Source: Endomicrobiia bacterium (GTDB lineage: Bacteria > Elusimicrobiota > Endomicrobiia > DTEH01). From it: a stretch of 64,000 bases of DNA. Where the stretch lies: positions 127,994-191,993 of the forward strand of contig JBCNUU010000002.1 of NCBI GenBank assembly GCA_039630545.1, read 5' to 3'. The position numbers and the translations under genes were made by a program. Below the pieces are notes generated by a model. It did no database searches, was not told the origin of the DNA, and saw only the letters and a list, made by a program, of their open reading frames with translations. Of the stretch, positions 8,634 to 17,811 are shown in pieces. Numbering within the stretch: the stretch's first letter is position 1; every line of letters starts with the position of its first letter.

Positions 8634-10883
8634 ATGAAAGCCAAACAGAAAAATAATAATTTGAAAAGCAGGGTTAGTTTTTGGGTAATATTTTTAGGAT
8701 TTATGATATGGGTGTATTTAATATTTATAAAAAGCAGATATTTTAATTATATGCCTTTACCTTTTACTACAACTGGATTATTAAAAAATTTTATTTTTTT
8801 ATTTGATTTTAATAAATTCAAATTATTATTTGGAAGCTTATTGGTGGCATTTTTAATAATTTTGTCCTGTCTTGGTTATGGTATTTTTGTTTGTAAATTG
8901 TTTAGGTTGTTGAATAAAAAATTAATTTTAAATTTAATTTTAGGTTGTGGTGTTTTTGCACTAATTATATTTATGTGTGGTTTAGTTGGGTTAATATATA
9001 AATTTACATTTTTGTTGCTGGTAATTATAGGTCTTATTATAGCAATTATCCATACACATAAAATTTTTATTAAAGAGAAAATTTTTTTTCCTAAATTTAA
9101 TTTTTTTGAAATAATTTTGTTTTTTATTTTTTTATGCGCAGTATTTATAAATCTTCTTGGTGCTTTGACTCCAGAAACATTTTTTGATTCACAATTTTAT
9201 CTTTTAGGTTTACTTAATCAATGGAAGTTACAACATAAAATAACGTTTAATCCTTATATTTTCTCATCACTTTATCCTTTTAATATAAATATGCTTTATT
9301 TAGTTGGTTTAGAATTAAATAATGATATAACTGCAAAACTTATGCATTGGAGTTTTGGTATCATTAGTTGTTTACTTCTTTATGCCTTTTTAAAACAATA
9401 TTTTTCAAATACAACAGTACTATTATCAATCATAATTTTTTATACAGTTCCAACAGTAATGGCTGTTTCCTGGAAAACAGCTATTGAACTTGGTATTACA
9501 ATGTTTGATACAGCAATGGTTTTATGTATGCTTGAGTATTTTATAAAGAAAGAAAAATTCTGGTTAGTACTTTCCGGGGTGTTTGGAGGATTTGCTTTAG
9601 GAAGTAAATATTTATCTTTATTAGAGTGTTTTTCTATATGTATAGTTTTTTTTATATTTAAGCTAATATTAGAGAAAGACAGGTTTTTTATTACATTAAA
9701 AACTTTTCTTTATTTTCTGTTTCCTTTAGTATTAATTGCTTCTCCATGGTATCTAAGAAATTTGATTTTGACAGGAAATCCGATATTTCCTTTTTTTGCG
9801 CATAAAATTGGATTAATTAAACCTAGAATTATAGGTAATATATTTGCAGATCCTCCTCATCCTGAGTTTTCTTTTAAAAATTACTTTCTATTCTTATGGC
9901 CGTTAACTTTAGGTCAACTTCAACAAGAAAGTTATCCAGGAGGAGTATTTTTGACTTTTTTTCCACTGCTTTTTATATTTAAAAATATTGATAAGAAAAT
10001 AAAATTTTTAAGCATGTATGTGCTGATGTGTCTTTTATTGTGGATCCCTTTAGGTAGATTTTATTTGCGATATTTTATACCTGTTTTGCCAGTAGTTGGT
10101 ATTTTATATGGATATTTTATTTCAGAAAATAATTTTCCCAAAATGCTAAAAAATATTATTTATTTATCTTTATTATTTATCGTTATATCAAACATGAATT
10201 TCGCAATGCGTATTTTACATGTGACACAAACACCTTCACAATTTGTTTTTACTGATATGAGCATTAAAGAATATTTGTCTACACAACGACCATCATATCC
10301 ATGTCCTTATTATCAAGTTGCCGATTGGATTAACAAAAATCTTTCAAAAGATTCTACTATTTTACTTTTAGGTGAAACAAGAGGATTATTTTTTAAAAGA
10401 AAATTTTTTACCCATGGTGTTTTGGAATATTCTCCATTGTTAGAAATGTTAAAAAAAATAAAAACTCCAGAGGAGTTATATGAGGAATTTAAAAAGAAAA
10501 ATATTACTCATATCTTACTTAATGTACCAGAAGCAAAACGATTAGCTGGTTATGATAATTTTTATTTTGAACAAGAAGAATTCAAAATATGGTGTAAGTT
10601 TTGGAATAAGTATATAAAAGAAATCTATCGTGATATCGCAGACATTGCGTTGCCAGAGCGAGGGATTTATTCTATGAAAAAACAGCTTCCTCAGTGGTGG
10701 CAACAATACTCTTCAGATCCAGCAAACTATGTTTATTTGTATGAGATAATTCCAAAGGATCAAGCCGAGAACAAAAAACACAAACCACCTTACAATTTTT
10801 TCTTACATAAAGAGTTATATTCCCAGGAAAGATGGGAAAAAATTAAAAATGTAGTTGAAGAAATTATAAAAGATAATAATTAA
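8634..10883 (+). CDS. Polytopic GT-C fold glycosyltransferase (ArnT/PMT-like)
   Basis: Many TM helices, acidic loop PETFFDSQFY, motifs ALGSKY, PWYLRNLILTGNPIFP and RYFIP, and a soluble C-terminal domain. Confidence 0.75.
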   Translation: MKAKQKNNNLKSRVSFWVIFLGFMIWVYLIFIKSRYFNYMPLPFTTTGLLKNFIFLFDFNKFKLLFGSLLVAFLIILSCLGYGIFVCKLFRLLNKKLILNLILGCGVFALIIFMCGLVGLIYKFTFLLLVIIGLIIAIIHTHKIFIKEKIFFPKFNFFEIILFFIFLCAVFINLLGALTPETFFDSQFYLLGLLNQWKLQHKITFNPYIFSSLYPFNINMLYLVGLELNNDITAKLMHWSFGIISCLLLYAFLKQYFSNTTVLLSIIIFYTVPTVMAVSWKTAIELGITMFDTAMVLCMLEYFIKKEKFWLVLSGVFGGFALGSKYLSLLECFSICIVFFIFKLILEKDRFFITLKTFLYFLFPLVLIASPWYLRNLILTGNPIFPFFAHKIGLIKPRIIGNIFADPPHPEFSFKNYFLFLWPLTLGQLQQESYPGGVFLTFFPLLFIFKNIDKKIKFLSMYVLMCLLLWIPLGRFYLRYFIPVLPVVGILYGYFISENNFPKMLKNIIYLSLLFIVISNMNFAMRILHVTQTPSQFVFTDMSIKEYLSTQRPSYPCPYYQVADWINKNLSKDSTILLLGETRGLFFKRKFFTHGVLEYSPLLEMLKKIKTPEELYEEFKKKNITHILLNVPEAKRLAGYDNFYFEQEEFKIWCKFWNKYIKEIYRDIADIALPERGIYSMKKQLPQWWQQYSSDPANYVYLYEIIPKDQAENKKHKPPYNFFLHKELYSQERWEKIKNVVEEIIKDNN

Positions 10884-10900
10884 GCAATTCTGAAATTGTG

Positions 10901-11605
10901 TTAAATAATTAAAAGTTCATTCTGTTTTAAAAGTTTCCAGTGTAAATTAACATCAATAATTTCTGAGCAAATTATCGTTGAATTACCAAATTTTGCTGTA
11001 TATAGAGTATAATATCTTGGTTCTTTTGTATAATCTCTATAAATAAATACTCTTTTTCCATCAGCGATCACACAGTTTAAAGAAGAGTAGTTACAGTGTT
11101 GTTTTATAGTATTGACTGCTTTTAGAATTGAAGTTTCTAACTTTTTTGTTTCTATGAAGTAGCTTATTATAAGATAAAAAAAAATTTCTGAATCTAACTT
11201 CTTTCTAAGAGAGGTTTTGTTTATATTTATATAATGCGTAAGATCTCTATAGTTAAAAATTGTACCATTGTGGGCAAAAATTAAATTTTTATATAGAAAT
11301 GGGTGAGAGTTATCAATATAGTTAGTATTTTCCCAGGCAGATTTTCTTAAATGAATTAATAGAATTTTAGTAATGTTTATTTTATCAATTATTTTGTTAA
11401 ATATATCTAACTCATCTAATATAGAGTTTGCACTCTTATAAAGTTCTGGATGAGTATTTTTATAATAACCTACCCCCCAGCCGTCTAAATGACCAGGTGG
11501 ATTGTTTTTAGGAACTTTTCCTGTTAAAGCGAGCTTGATAAAATTATTTACGATATTATTATGTTTTTTTTTAGAAAAATTTTTTATTGCTAATATTCTA
11601 CACAT
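10901..11605 (-). CDS. Class II glutamine amidotransferase / Ntn hydrolase (YafJ/EgtC-like)
   Basis: N-terminal MCR nucleophile; motifs HLDGWGVGYY, HLRK, NSHPF, FAHNGTI and DSE. Confidence 0.88.
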   Translation of the reverse strand: MCRILAIKNFSKKKHNNIVNNFIKLALTGKVPKNNPPGHLDGWGVGYYKNTHPELYKSANSILDELDIFNKIIDKINITKILLIHLRKSAWENTNYIDNSHPFLYKNLIFAHNGTIFNYRDLTHYININKTSLRKKLDSEIFFYLIISYFIETKKLETSILKAVNTIKQHCNYSSLNCVIADGKRVFIYRDYTKEPRYYTLYTAKFGNSTIICSEIIDVNLHWKLLKQNELLII

Positions 11606-11606
11606 T

Positions 11607-12137
11607 TTAAAACATAAATAGTCTTACAATAATAATTGCTATAATTATTCCTACAAAGTCAGCTAAAAGACATACAGGTATTAGGTATTTAGTCTTTTTT
11701 ATACCTGCAGCGCCTAAATATACTGCTAATACATAAAAAGTTGTTTCTGCAGAACCCATAATTACAGCGGAAATTTTTGACGCTAATGAATCAGGTCCTG
11801 TTGTTTTTACAATGTCAGTAAATACAGTTAAAGAAGCACTTCCTGAGAGAGGTTTTATTACAGCCATAGCAAACACTTCTGCAGGTATACCTAAAAAATT
11901 AAATACAGGACTAAAAATCATTTTTATATAATCAAACAGTCCTGATGCCTGGAAGATTTTTATTGCAGTAAATATGGTTAATATATAAGGAAAAATTCTA
12001 AATATCACTTCAAAACTTTGTTTAGCTCCAAGAACAAAAGACTCGTATACTTTAACTTTTTTTATGTAGCCATAAACTATAGCAAAAATTAAAAATACAG
12101 GTATAATAAGCTGCGATACCAAATGGATAACTTTCAT
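11607..12137 (-). CDS. spmB: SpmB-family Gate-domain membrane protein
   Basis: Motifs KVKVYESFVLGAK, IKPLSGSAS, GPDS and IMGSAETTFYVLAVYLG. Confidence 0.88.
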   Translation of the reverse strand: MKVIHLVSQLIIPVFLIFAIVYGYIKKVKVYESFVLGAKQSFEVIFRIFPYILTIFTAIKIFQASGLFDYIKMIFSPVFNFLGIPAEVFAMAVIKPLSGSASLTVFTDIVKTTGPDSLASKISAVIMGSAETTFYVLAVYLGAAGIKKTKYLIPVCLLADFVGIIIAIIIVRLFMF

Positions 12138-12142
12138 ATGAA

Positions 12143-12730
12143 TTAATTTCTTTTATTTTCGTAGAATTTTTTAAATATAAATAAAATCAACACAGCAAAA
12201 ATTGCTGAAATAAATGTTGAAAGAATTGTAGGTAATACAACAGCTGTAGGAGAATTTGAACCATATTCTGATAAAATTCCAACTACGCTAAAGGGTATTA
12301 ATTGGATACTAGCAGTATTTATTACTATAAACAACATCATTTCGAAAGTAATTGTGTCCTTTTCTTCATTAAGAGTTTGTAGATCATTCATAGCTTTTAT
12401 TCCCAAAGGAGTTGCAGCGTTACCTAAACCAAAAAAATTTGCTAAAAGATTTAAAGTAATTGAAGTAATAGATGGATGTTCTTTTGGTATTTTTTTGAAA
12501 AGTTTAGATATAAAAGGAGTAAAAAATTTTGATATGTGTTTTATTAAGCCAGAATCTTCCAAAATTTTTGTTATTCCTAACCATACTGCAACTATACCTA
12601 AAAGGTAAAGTGATACTTCCGTTGCAAGTTTTGCTGCCTCAAAGATAGCTTTTGTAGTCATTTCTGCTTTGTTTGTAAGAATTGCAAAAATTAGACTAAG
12701 GGTTGTTATTATAAACCATATTGTATTCAT
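12143..12730 (-). CDS. spmA: SpmA-family Gate-domain membrane protein
   Basis: Motifs MNTIW, WLGITKI, ANFFGLGNAATPLGIKAM and INTASIQLIP. Confidence 0.88.
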   Translation of the reverse strand: MNTIWFIITTLSLIFAILTNKAEMTTKAIFEAAKLATEVSLYLLGIVAVWLGITKILEDSGLIKHISKFFTPFISKLFKKIPKEHPSITSITLNLLANFFGLGNAATPLGIKAMNDLQTLNEEKDTITFEMMLFIVINTASIQLIPFSVVGILSEYGSNSPTAVVLPTILSTFISAIFAVLILFIFKKFYENKRN

Positions 12731-13584
12731 GTTTGTGGGAGATTTAATTCTTTTATAACTAAAGATTTTTTATAAGTATTGAGTTCAACTTTTGCTCCTA
12801 TAGGCAAAGTTAATTTATCATCTGTATGCCCAATGTTATTACAAAATACAACTGGATATTTTGGTTTTATTTGAGTTGTAATTATTTTATATACATCCTC
12901 TACATTTAATCCTCTAAAATTACCTAAAATTAGTCCTTTAATATCATTCAATTTTCTGGTTAAAATTAATTGAGTAATGGCTCTGTCTACTTTATAGAGA
13001 GGTTCATCCACTTCTTCTAAAAATAAAATACTATTTTTAAATGTAATCTCCCATGGTGTGCCAATTAGAGAGACAACTGTAATAAGGTTTCCGCCTTTTA
13101 AAAATCCTTCTGTTATGCCGTGATTGTATACTTTAATTCTTGTTGAGGAGAATAGGTTTTTGTTGGGAAAGTGATTTATAGCATTTATAAAAGAATTCTT
13201 TGTGAATTCTGTAAGGTTGGAAAAATTGATAACCATAGGGGAATGTAGAGTTGTAATTTTTGTTTTTTCATAAATTACATTCAAAAGCACAGATAAATCA
13301 CTAAAACCAGCAAAAATTTTAGGGTTCTTTTTTATTATATTAAAATCTATATGAGGCAGCAACTTTAAACAACCATATCCACCTCTTTGTGCAAGAATTA
13401 TATTTGCCTTTTTATTTAAAAAAGCCTGATGTAGCTGATTTACTTTTTGTTTGAGTGTAAGTGGACTGAAAAAAGAGTTTTCATTTATTATTTCAAATCC
13501 CAGTTTTTTTAATGTATTTATACCTTTATATAGAAGTTTTTTTTTCTCTGTTCTCCAGGCCGGTGTTATTACAAAAATTTTCAT
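12727..13584 (-). CDS. ldcA: LD-carboxypeptidase (peptidase S66)
   Basis: Motifs RGGYG, GFSD (Ser nucleophile), GGNL, LFLEEV and IGH, completing the Ser-Glu-His triad. Confidence 0.9.
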   Translation of the reverse strand: MKIFVITPAWRTEKKKLLYKGINTLKKLGFEIINENSFFSPLTLKQKVNQLHQAFLNKKANIILAQRGGYGCLKLLPHIDFNIIKKNPKIFAGFSDLSVLLNVIYEKTKITTLHSPMVINFSNLTEFTKNSFINAINHFPNKNLFSSTRIKVYNHGITEGFLKGGNLITVVSLIGTPWEITFKNSILFLEEVDEPLYKVDRAITQLILTRKLNDIKGLILGNFRGLNVEDVYKIITTQIKPKYPVVFCNNIGHTDDKLTLPIGAKVELNTYKKSLVIKELNLPQT

Positions 13585-13607
13585 TCCAGGCGATTTTTAT
13601 TTATAGA

Positions 13608-14747
13608 TTACTTATATTTTATTTGTACAATGCTTGATAAAAAAGCGCCAAAAATAGTTTGAATTCCCATTGCAGAAATCATTAAAGAAAAAATACCTAA
13701 TCTTAACTCTTCTAAAGGACCAAAGTTTGTTTTGGCCCAGATATATACTATGTATCCCAATCCAGAAATACCAAATAAAAACAAGATTATTCCAAAAGTT
13801 AATGCTTTTTCAAGGGTTAAAAATTCTAAAAGTTTTTTTATGATTTTATTTTCTTCAAGACCGATACTGTGAGTAAATGCTTTTGCAGAAAACCAGATAT
13901 TGAAAATTTGCCATCCTATAAGAGCAACAGTGGATGAAAAGAATAATACATGTACACCCCATGTTCTTCCTAATAATGAGAGATAACCTTTTAATAAGAT
14001 TGAAATAGAAACAAAAAGTCCACTTATTAACAATATACTCGCGGGAAGCAAAAATAAATAATCAGGACTATAAAGAAGCATGAATCTTATGTGTCTCCAT
14101 GCATCTCGAAAAGATGAAAGTTTTGATTTACCTAATCTTGGATAGTAAGTTATAGGGATTTCTGTGATTTTTAATTTCTTTTTTAATGCATGTATTACCA
14201 TTTCGGAGGCAAACTCCATTCCAGTAGTTTTTAAATTCATTTTTATATAAGCTTCTTTTTTAAAAGCTCTTAAACCGCAATGAGCATCTGAAATGTTGCC
14301 ACCAAATAATATCCTTAACATACCAGAAAGAACAGGATTGCCTATATACTTATGCGACCAACTCATTGCCCCTTTAAGTATTTTTCCTTTAAATCTTGAA
14401 CCTATTACTAAATCATAAGTTTCTTTGAGTTTTTCTAAAAATTTAGGAATTTCGTAAAAATCATAAGTGTTGTCGGCGTCACCCATGACGATATACTCAC
14501 CTTCTGCGTTTTCTATGCCTTTTCTTAAAGCTGCACCATAACCTTTTTGTGATTCGAATAACAGTTTCACATCTTTATGTTTTTTTACAATTTCTATGCT
14601 TTTATCTGTTGAACCGTTGTCTACTACAATGATTTCGCCCTGTATATTTTCTTTTTCAAAAACATCTTTTATTTTTTTAATGCATGTTTCTATAGATTCT
14701 TCTTCATTTAAACATGGTAATACTACAGAAACTTCTATTTTTTTCAT
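13608..14747 (-). CDS. GT2 polyprenyl-phosphate glycosyltransferase with C-terminal membrane domain
   Basis: Motifs VVLPCLNEE, VDNGSTD, MGDADNTYD, DAHCGLRAF and GMEFASEM; about four C-terminal TM helices. Confidence 0.88.
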   Translation of the reverse strand: MKKIEVSVVLPCLNEEESIETCIKKIKDVFEKENIQGEIIVVDNGSTDKSIEIVKKHKDVKLLFESQKGYGAALRKGIENAEGEYIVMGDADNTYDFYEIPKFLEKLKETYDLVIGSRFKGKILKGAMSWSHKYIGNPVLSGMLRILFGGNISDAHCGLRAFKKEAYIKMNLKTTGMEFASEMVIHALKKKLKITEIPITYYPRLGKSKLSSFRDAWRHIRFMLLYSPDYLFLLPASILLISGLFVSISILLKGYLSLLGRTWGVHVLFFSSTVALIGWQIFNIWFSAKAFTHSIGLEENKIIKKLLEFLTLEKALTFGIILFLFGISGLGYIVYIWAKTNFGPLEELRLGIFSLMISAMGIQTIFGAFLSSIVQIKYK

Positions 14748-14837
14748 TTCTTTTCAGGTTTTGTAAAAAATATGTTAAAAATAATTATAAAATAACTTGA
14801 AATAAATTCAATGGTTAAAAGCATTTTTTCTAAAATA

Positions 14838-14866
14838 TTGATTTTACAATACTAATTAGTTATTTT
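14838..14866 (+). promoter_or_regulatory. Candidate sigma70 promoter for rplU-rpsA
   Basis: TTGATT-N17-TATTTT in the divergent intergenic region; AGGAGG SD just upstream of ATG 14901. Confidence 0.4.
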
Positions 14867-14900
14867 TATTAAGAATTATTTTTAAAAAGGAGGAAAAATC

Positions 14901-15218
14901 ATGTACGGCGTAGTAGAAGTTGGAGGAAAACAATATATAGTAGGTGTTGGTGATACTATAATCATTGAAAAAATAAATGCAGATAAAAATACTGAATACG
15001 TTATTGATAAAGTATTACTTGTAAAAACAGATGATGGAGAAATAAAATTGGGCACCCCTTATTTAGAAAATGCAAAAGTTGTTACAGAAGTTATAGATCA
15101 AGTTAAAAGCAAAAAAATAATTGTATTGCGTAAGGGTAATCCTAAAAAAAATTGGAAAAGAAAGTATGGACACAGACAACAGCTTACTTTACTTAAAATA
15201 AAACAGATAATTTGTTGA
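14901..15218 (+). CDS. rplU: 50S ribosomal protein L21
   Basis: Motifs MYGVVEVGGKQY, LGTPYL and GHRQQLT. Confidence 0.96.
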   Translation: MYGVVEVGGKQYIVGVGDTIIIEKINADKNTEYVIDKVLLVKTDDGEIKLGTPYLENAKVVTEVIDQVKSKKIIVLRKGNPKKNWKRKYGHRQQLTLLKIKQIIC

Positions 15219-15238
15219 ATAAAAGGTTTAATACTTAT

Positions 15239-16921
15239 ATGAAAGATGATATAAAAGAAGAATATACAGAATCTCTTGTTTCTGACAAAGTTTATGAATT
15301 TGCAAAAAATATAAAGGCAGGAGACATAGTTGAAGGTAAGATTATTGATATCGCTTCTAATGGGGTATATGTAGATATTGGTACAAAAACAGATGGGTTA
15401 ATACCAATAAATGAATTTGAAGGAGCAAAAGAAGTATATAGACAATTAAGACCTCACCAGACAATAAAAGTATTAATAGTCAAATTAGATTATAATAATC
15501 TTCATATCTTATCTTATAAAAAAGCAAAAGAAGTAGATATGTTTGAATATTTACAGAAGCAATATAAAGAAAAACTGCCGATAGATAGTCAGATATTATC
15601 AAAGGTCAAAAATGGATACTTGGTAGATATAGGAGGAATAGAAGCTTTATTACCTTATAAAGAAATTGGTGAGAATTTAAAAGAAAAAGTATCTTTAGAA
15701 AAATTTAAAGATTCAAGTTTTAAAGTTATTATAAAAGAAATTACAGGAGAACCTGGTAAAAATTTAAAAGTTGTAGTGTCAAATAAAATTTATGAAGAAA
15801 TTTTAAAAGAAGAAAAAAGACAGAAAATGTTGTCTACTCTAAAAGAAGGTGATGAAGTGATAGCAGAAGTAAAATCTTTAACTTCTTTTGGAGCATTTGT
15901 TGATATAGATGGTTTGGAAGCATTATTGCATATAAGTAATATAGCCTGGTATAAATTAAAACATCCTCAAGAAATTTTAAGATGTGGTGATAAAATAAAG
16001 GTAAAAGTTTTAAAGATAGAAAAAGAAACAGGAAAGGTATCTGTTGGATTAAAACAACTTTTTCCTTATCCATGGGATGAAGTAGATAGTAAATATTTTG
16101 TAGGAAAAATAGTTAAATGTAAGGTTACAAATATTACAGATTTTGGCCTATTTGTGGAAGTTGAACCTGGTATAGAGGGATTAATTCATATTTCAGAGGT
16201 TAGCTGGACACAAAAAAATCCAGATCTTAAAAAGATGTTTAAGATAGATCAACAACTTCAAGCAAAAATTTTAGAAATAAATAAAGAAAAAGAAAGGATG
16301 TCTCTTTCATTAAAAAAAGTATCCTATAATCCATGGGAAGAAATAAAAAATCAGTATCCAGCCGGTAGTATTCACAAGGGAAAGATTGTAAAAATTACAC
16401 CTAATGGAATTTTTGTTACTATAAAAGATGAATTTTGTGGTTTTGTACACATTTCAGATATTTCATGGACATCTAGAATTACAGACTTACATCGGCTTTA
16501 TAAAGTTGGTCAGAATATAGAATATAAAGTTTTAGATATTATACCGGAACAAGAAAAAGCAATGTTATCTATTAAACATCTAAAAGAAAATCCTTATGAA
16601 AAATACATTGTAGATAATATAGTGAGATGTAAAGTCAAAAAAGTGTTAAGTAGTGCGTTAATAGTGGAATTAGAAAAAGAAATTGAAGGTATAATTTCAA
16701 AAAAAGAAGCCTTACCTAATGAAAAAGACCTTTCTAAAGATTTAAAGCTATTCTATAAACCAGGTCAGGAGATTGAAGCTGTGGTTATACTTTCTGATGA
16801 AAAAAAGCGTAGAATAGAATTGTCAGTAAAAAAATTAGAAAAAATTATTCAAAAACAACTTATTAAAAAATATTCCCAGGTTCAACTTCCTACATTAAAA
16901 GATATACTCGCTGAAGAATAG
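15239..16921 (+). CDS. rpsA: 30S ribosomal protein S1 (about six S1 repeats)
   Basis: Repeated S1 motifs (FGAFVDIDGLEALLHIS, FGLFVEVEPGIEGLIHISEVSW, GFVHISDISW). ATG at 15239 is preferred. Confidence 0.9.
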   Translation: MKDDIKEEYTESLVSDKVYEFAKNIKAGDIVEGKIIDIASNGVYVDIGTKTDGLIPINEFEGAKEVYRQLRPHQTIKVLIVKLDYNNLHILSYKKAKEVDMFEYLQKQYKEKLPIDSQILSKVKNGYLVDIGGIEALLPYKEIGENLKEKVSLEKFKDSSFKVIIKEITGEPGKNLKVVVSNKIYEEILKEEKRQKMLSTLKEGDEVIAEVKSLTSFGAFVDIDGLEALLHISNIAWYKLKHPQEILRCGDKIKVKVLKIEKETGKVSVGLKQLFPYPWDEVDSKYFVGKIVKCKVTNITDFGLFVEVEPGIEGLIHISEVSWTQKNPDLKKMFKIDQQLQAKILEINKEKERMSLSLKKVSYNPWEEIKNQYPAGSIHKGKIVKITPNGIFVTIKDEFCGFVHISDISWTSRITDLHRLYKVGQNIEYKVLDIIPEQEKAMLSIKHLKENPYEKYIVDNIVRCKVKKVLSSALIVELEKEIEGIISKKEALPNEKDLSKDLKLFYKPGQEIEAVVILSDEKKRRIELSVKKLEKIIQKQLIKKYSQVQLPTLKDILAEE

Positions 16922-16945
16922 TTTTATGTGTTATATGAATAGTAT

Positions 16946-17809
16946 ATGAAGAGATTTTTTTTATTTTGTTCTTTTTTTATATTGTTTATAGGAGCTATAT
17001 TGTTAATTATCTTTAATAACAAGTCAAAAAAAGTTTTTTTTCCAAGAGAAAATGAAATTAAAATGTTAAGTGAAACTAAAATTGAACAGGAGATTGAAAG
17101 ATTATCTCAGCAGCTAAAAAAAAATAATAATATCCAAGATATGGTGGAATTAGGAATATATTATTTTATTAAAGGGCCTCAGTATTATGATAAGTCAATA
17201 AATCTTCTTCATGATGCTTGGAAGTTAGGATCCACTGATACTAGAATTTTTTATTATCTTGGATGTATGTATGAATTTCTTAAACTCTATGAATTAGCTG
17301 CTATAGAATATATTAGATTTTTAAATAATTATCCAGAAGACATAGAAGTTCTTTTAAGATTGGCTAATGTTTATTATAAAAACGACAAAATAGAAGAAGC
17401 AAAAAATATTTATGCCAAAGTTATACAGATAGATAAAGAAAATATTGTGGCACTTGCTAATTTAGGATACATCTTTTTTAATCAGAGTGAGTACTTATTG
17501 TCACAGAATTATTTCGATAAAGTACTTAAAATAGTTAAGAAAAAAAATTTAGAAGTTCCAAGAAATATAAATTTTTATTTAGGTAAAATATTTTACTTTA
17601 ACAAAAATTTTGAAACAGCTAAAATTTATTTTGAACAAGAAAAAGAAAAATATCCTGATAATGTTGAGAATTCTATATACTTAGCTAAAACATATTATGA
17701 ATTAAAGGATTTCAAAGAATCTTATTTGTTATTAAAAGAATTAATAGAAATTTATCCTAATGATAAAGATATAAAACGACTGAAATACAAATTAGAAAAA
17801 ATGTTGTAG
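16946..17809 (+). CDS. Membrane-anchored TPR protein
   Basis: N-terminal hydrophobic segment and tandem TPR-like helices (YYLGCMYE, RLANVYY, NLGYIFF). Confidence 0.8.
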   Translation: MKRFFLFCSFFILFIGAILLIIFNNKSKKVFFPRENEIKMLSETKIEQEIERLSQQLKKNNNIQDMVELGIYYFIKGPQYYDKSINLLHDAWKLGSTDTRIFYYLGCMYEFLKLYELAAIEYIRFLNNYPEDIEVLLRLANVYYKNDKIEEAKNIYAKVIQIDKENIVALANLGYIFFNQSEYLLSQNYFDKVLKIVKKKNLEVPRNINFYLGKIFYFNKNFETAKIYFEQEKEKYPDNVENSIYLAKTYYELKDFKESYLLLKELIEIYPNDKDIKRLKYKLEKML

Positions 17810-17811
17810 TT

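Noticed and set aside
11607..12730. Evidence of sporulation from spmA/spmB
   Set aside because: The family occurs widely in non-sporulators, and no other sporulation genes are present here.
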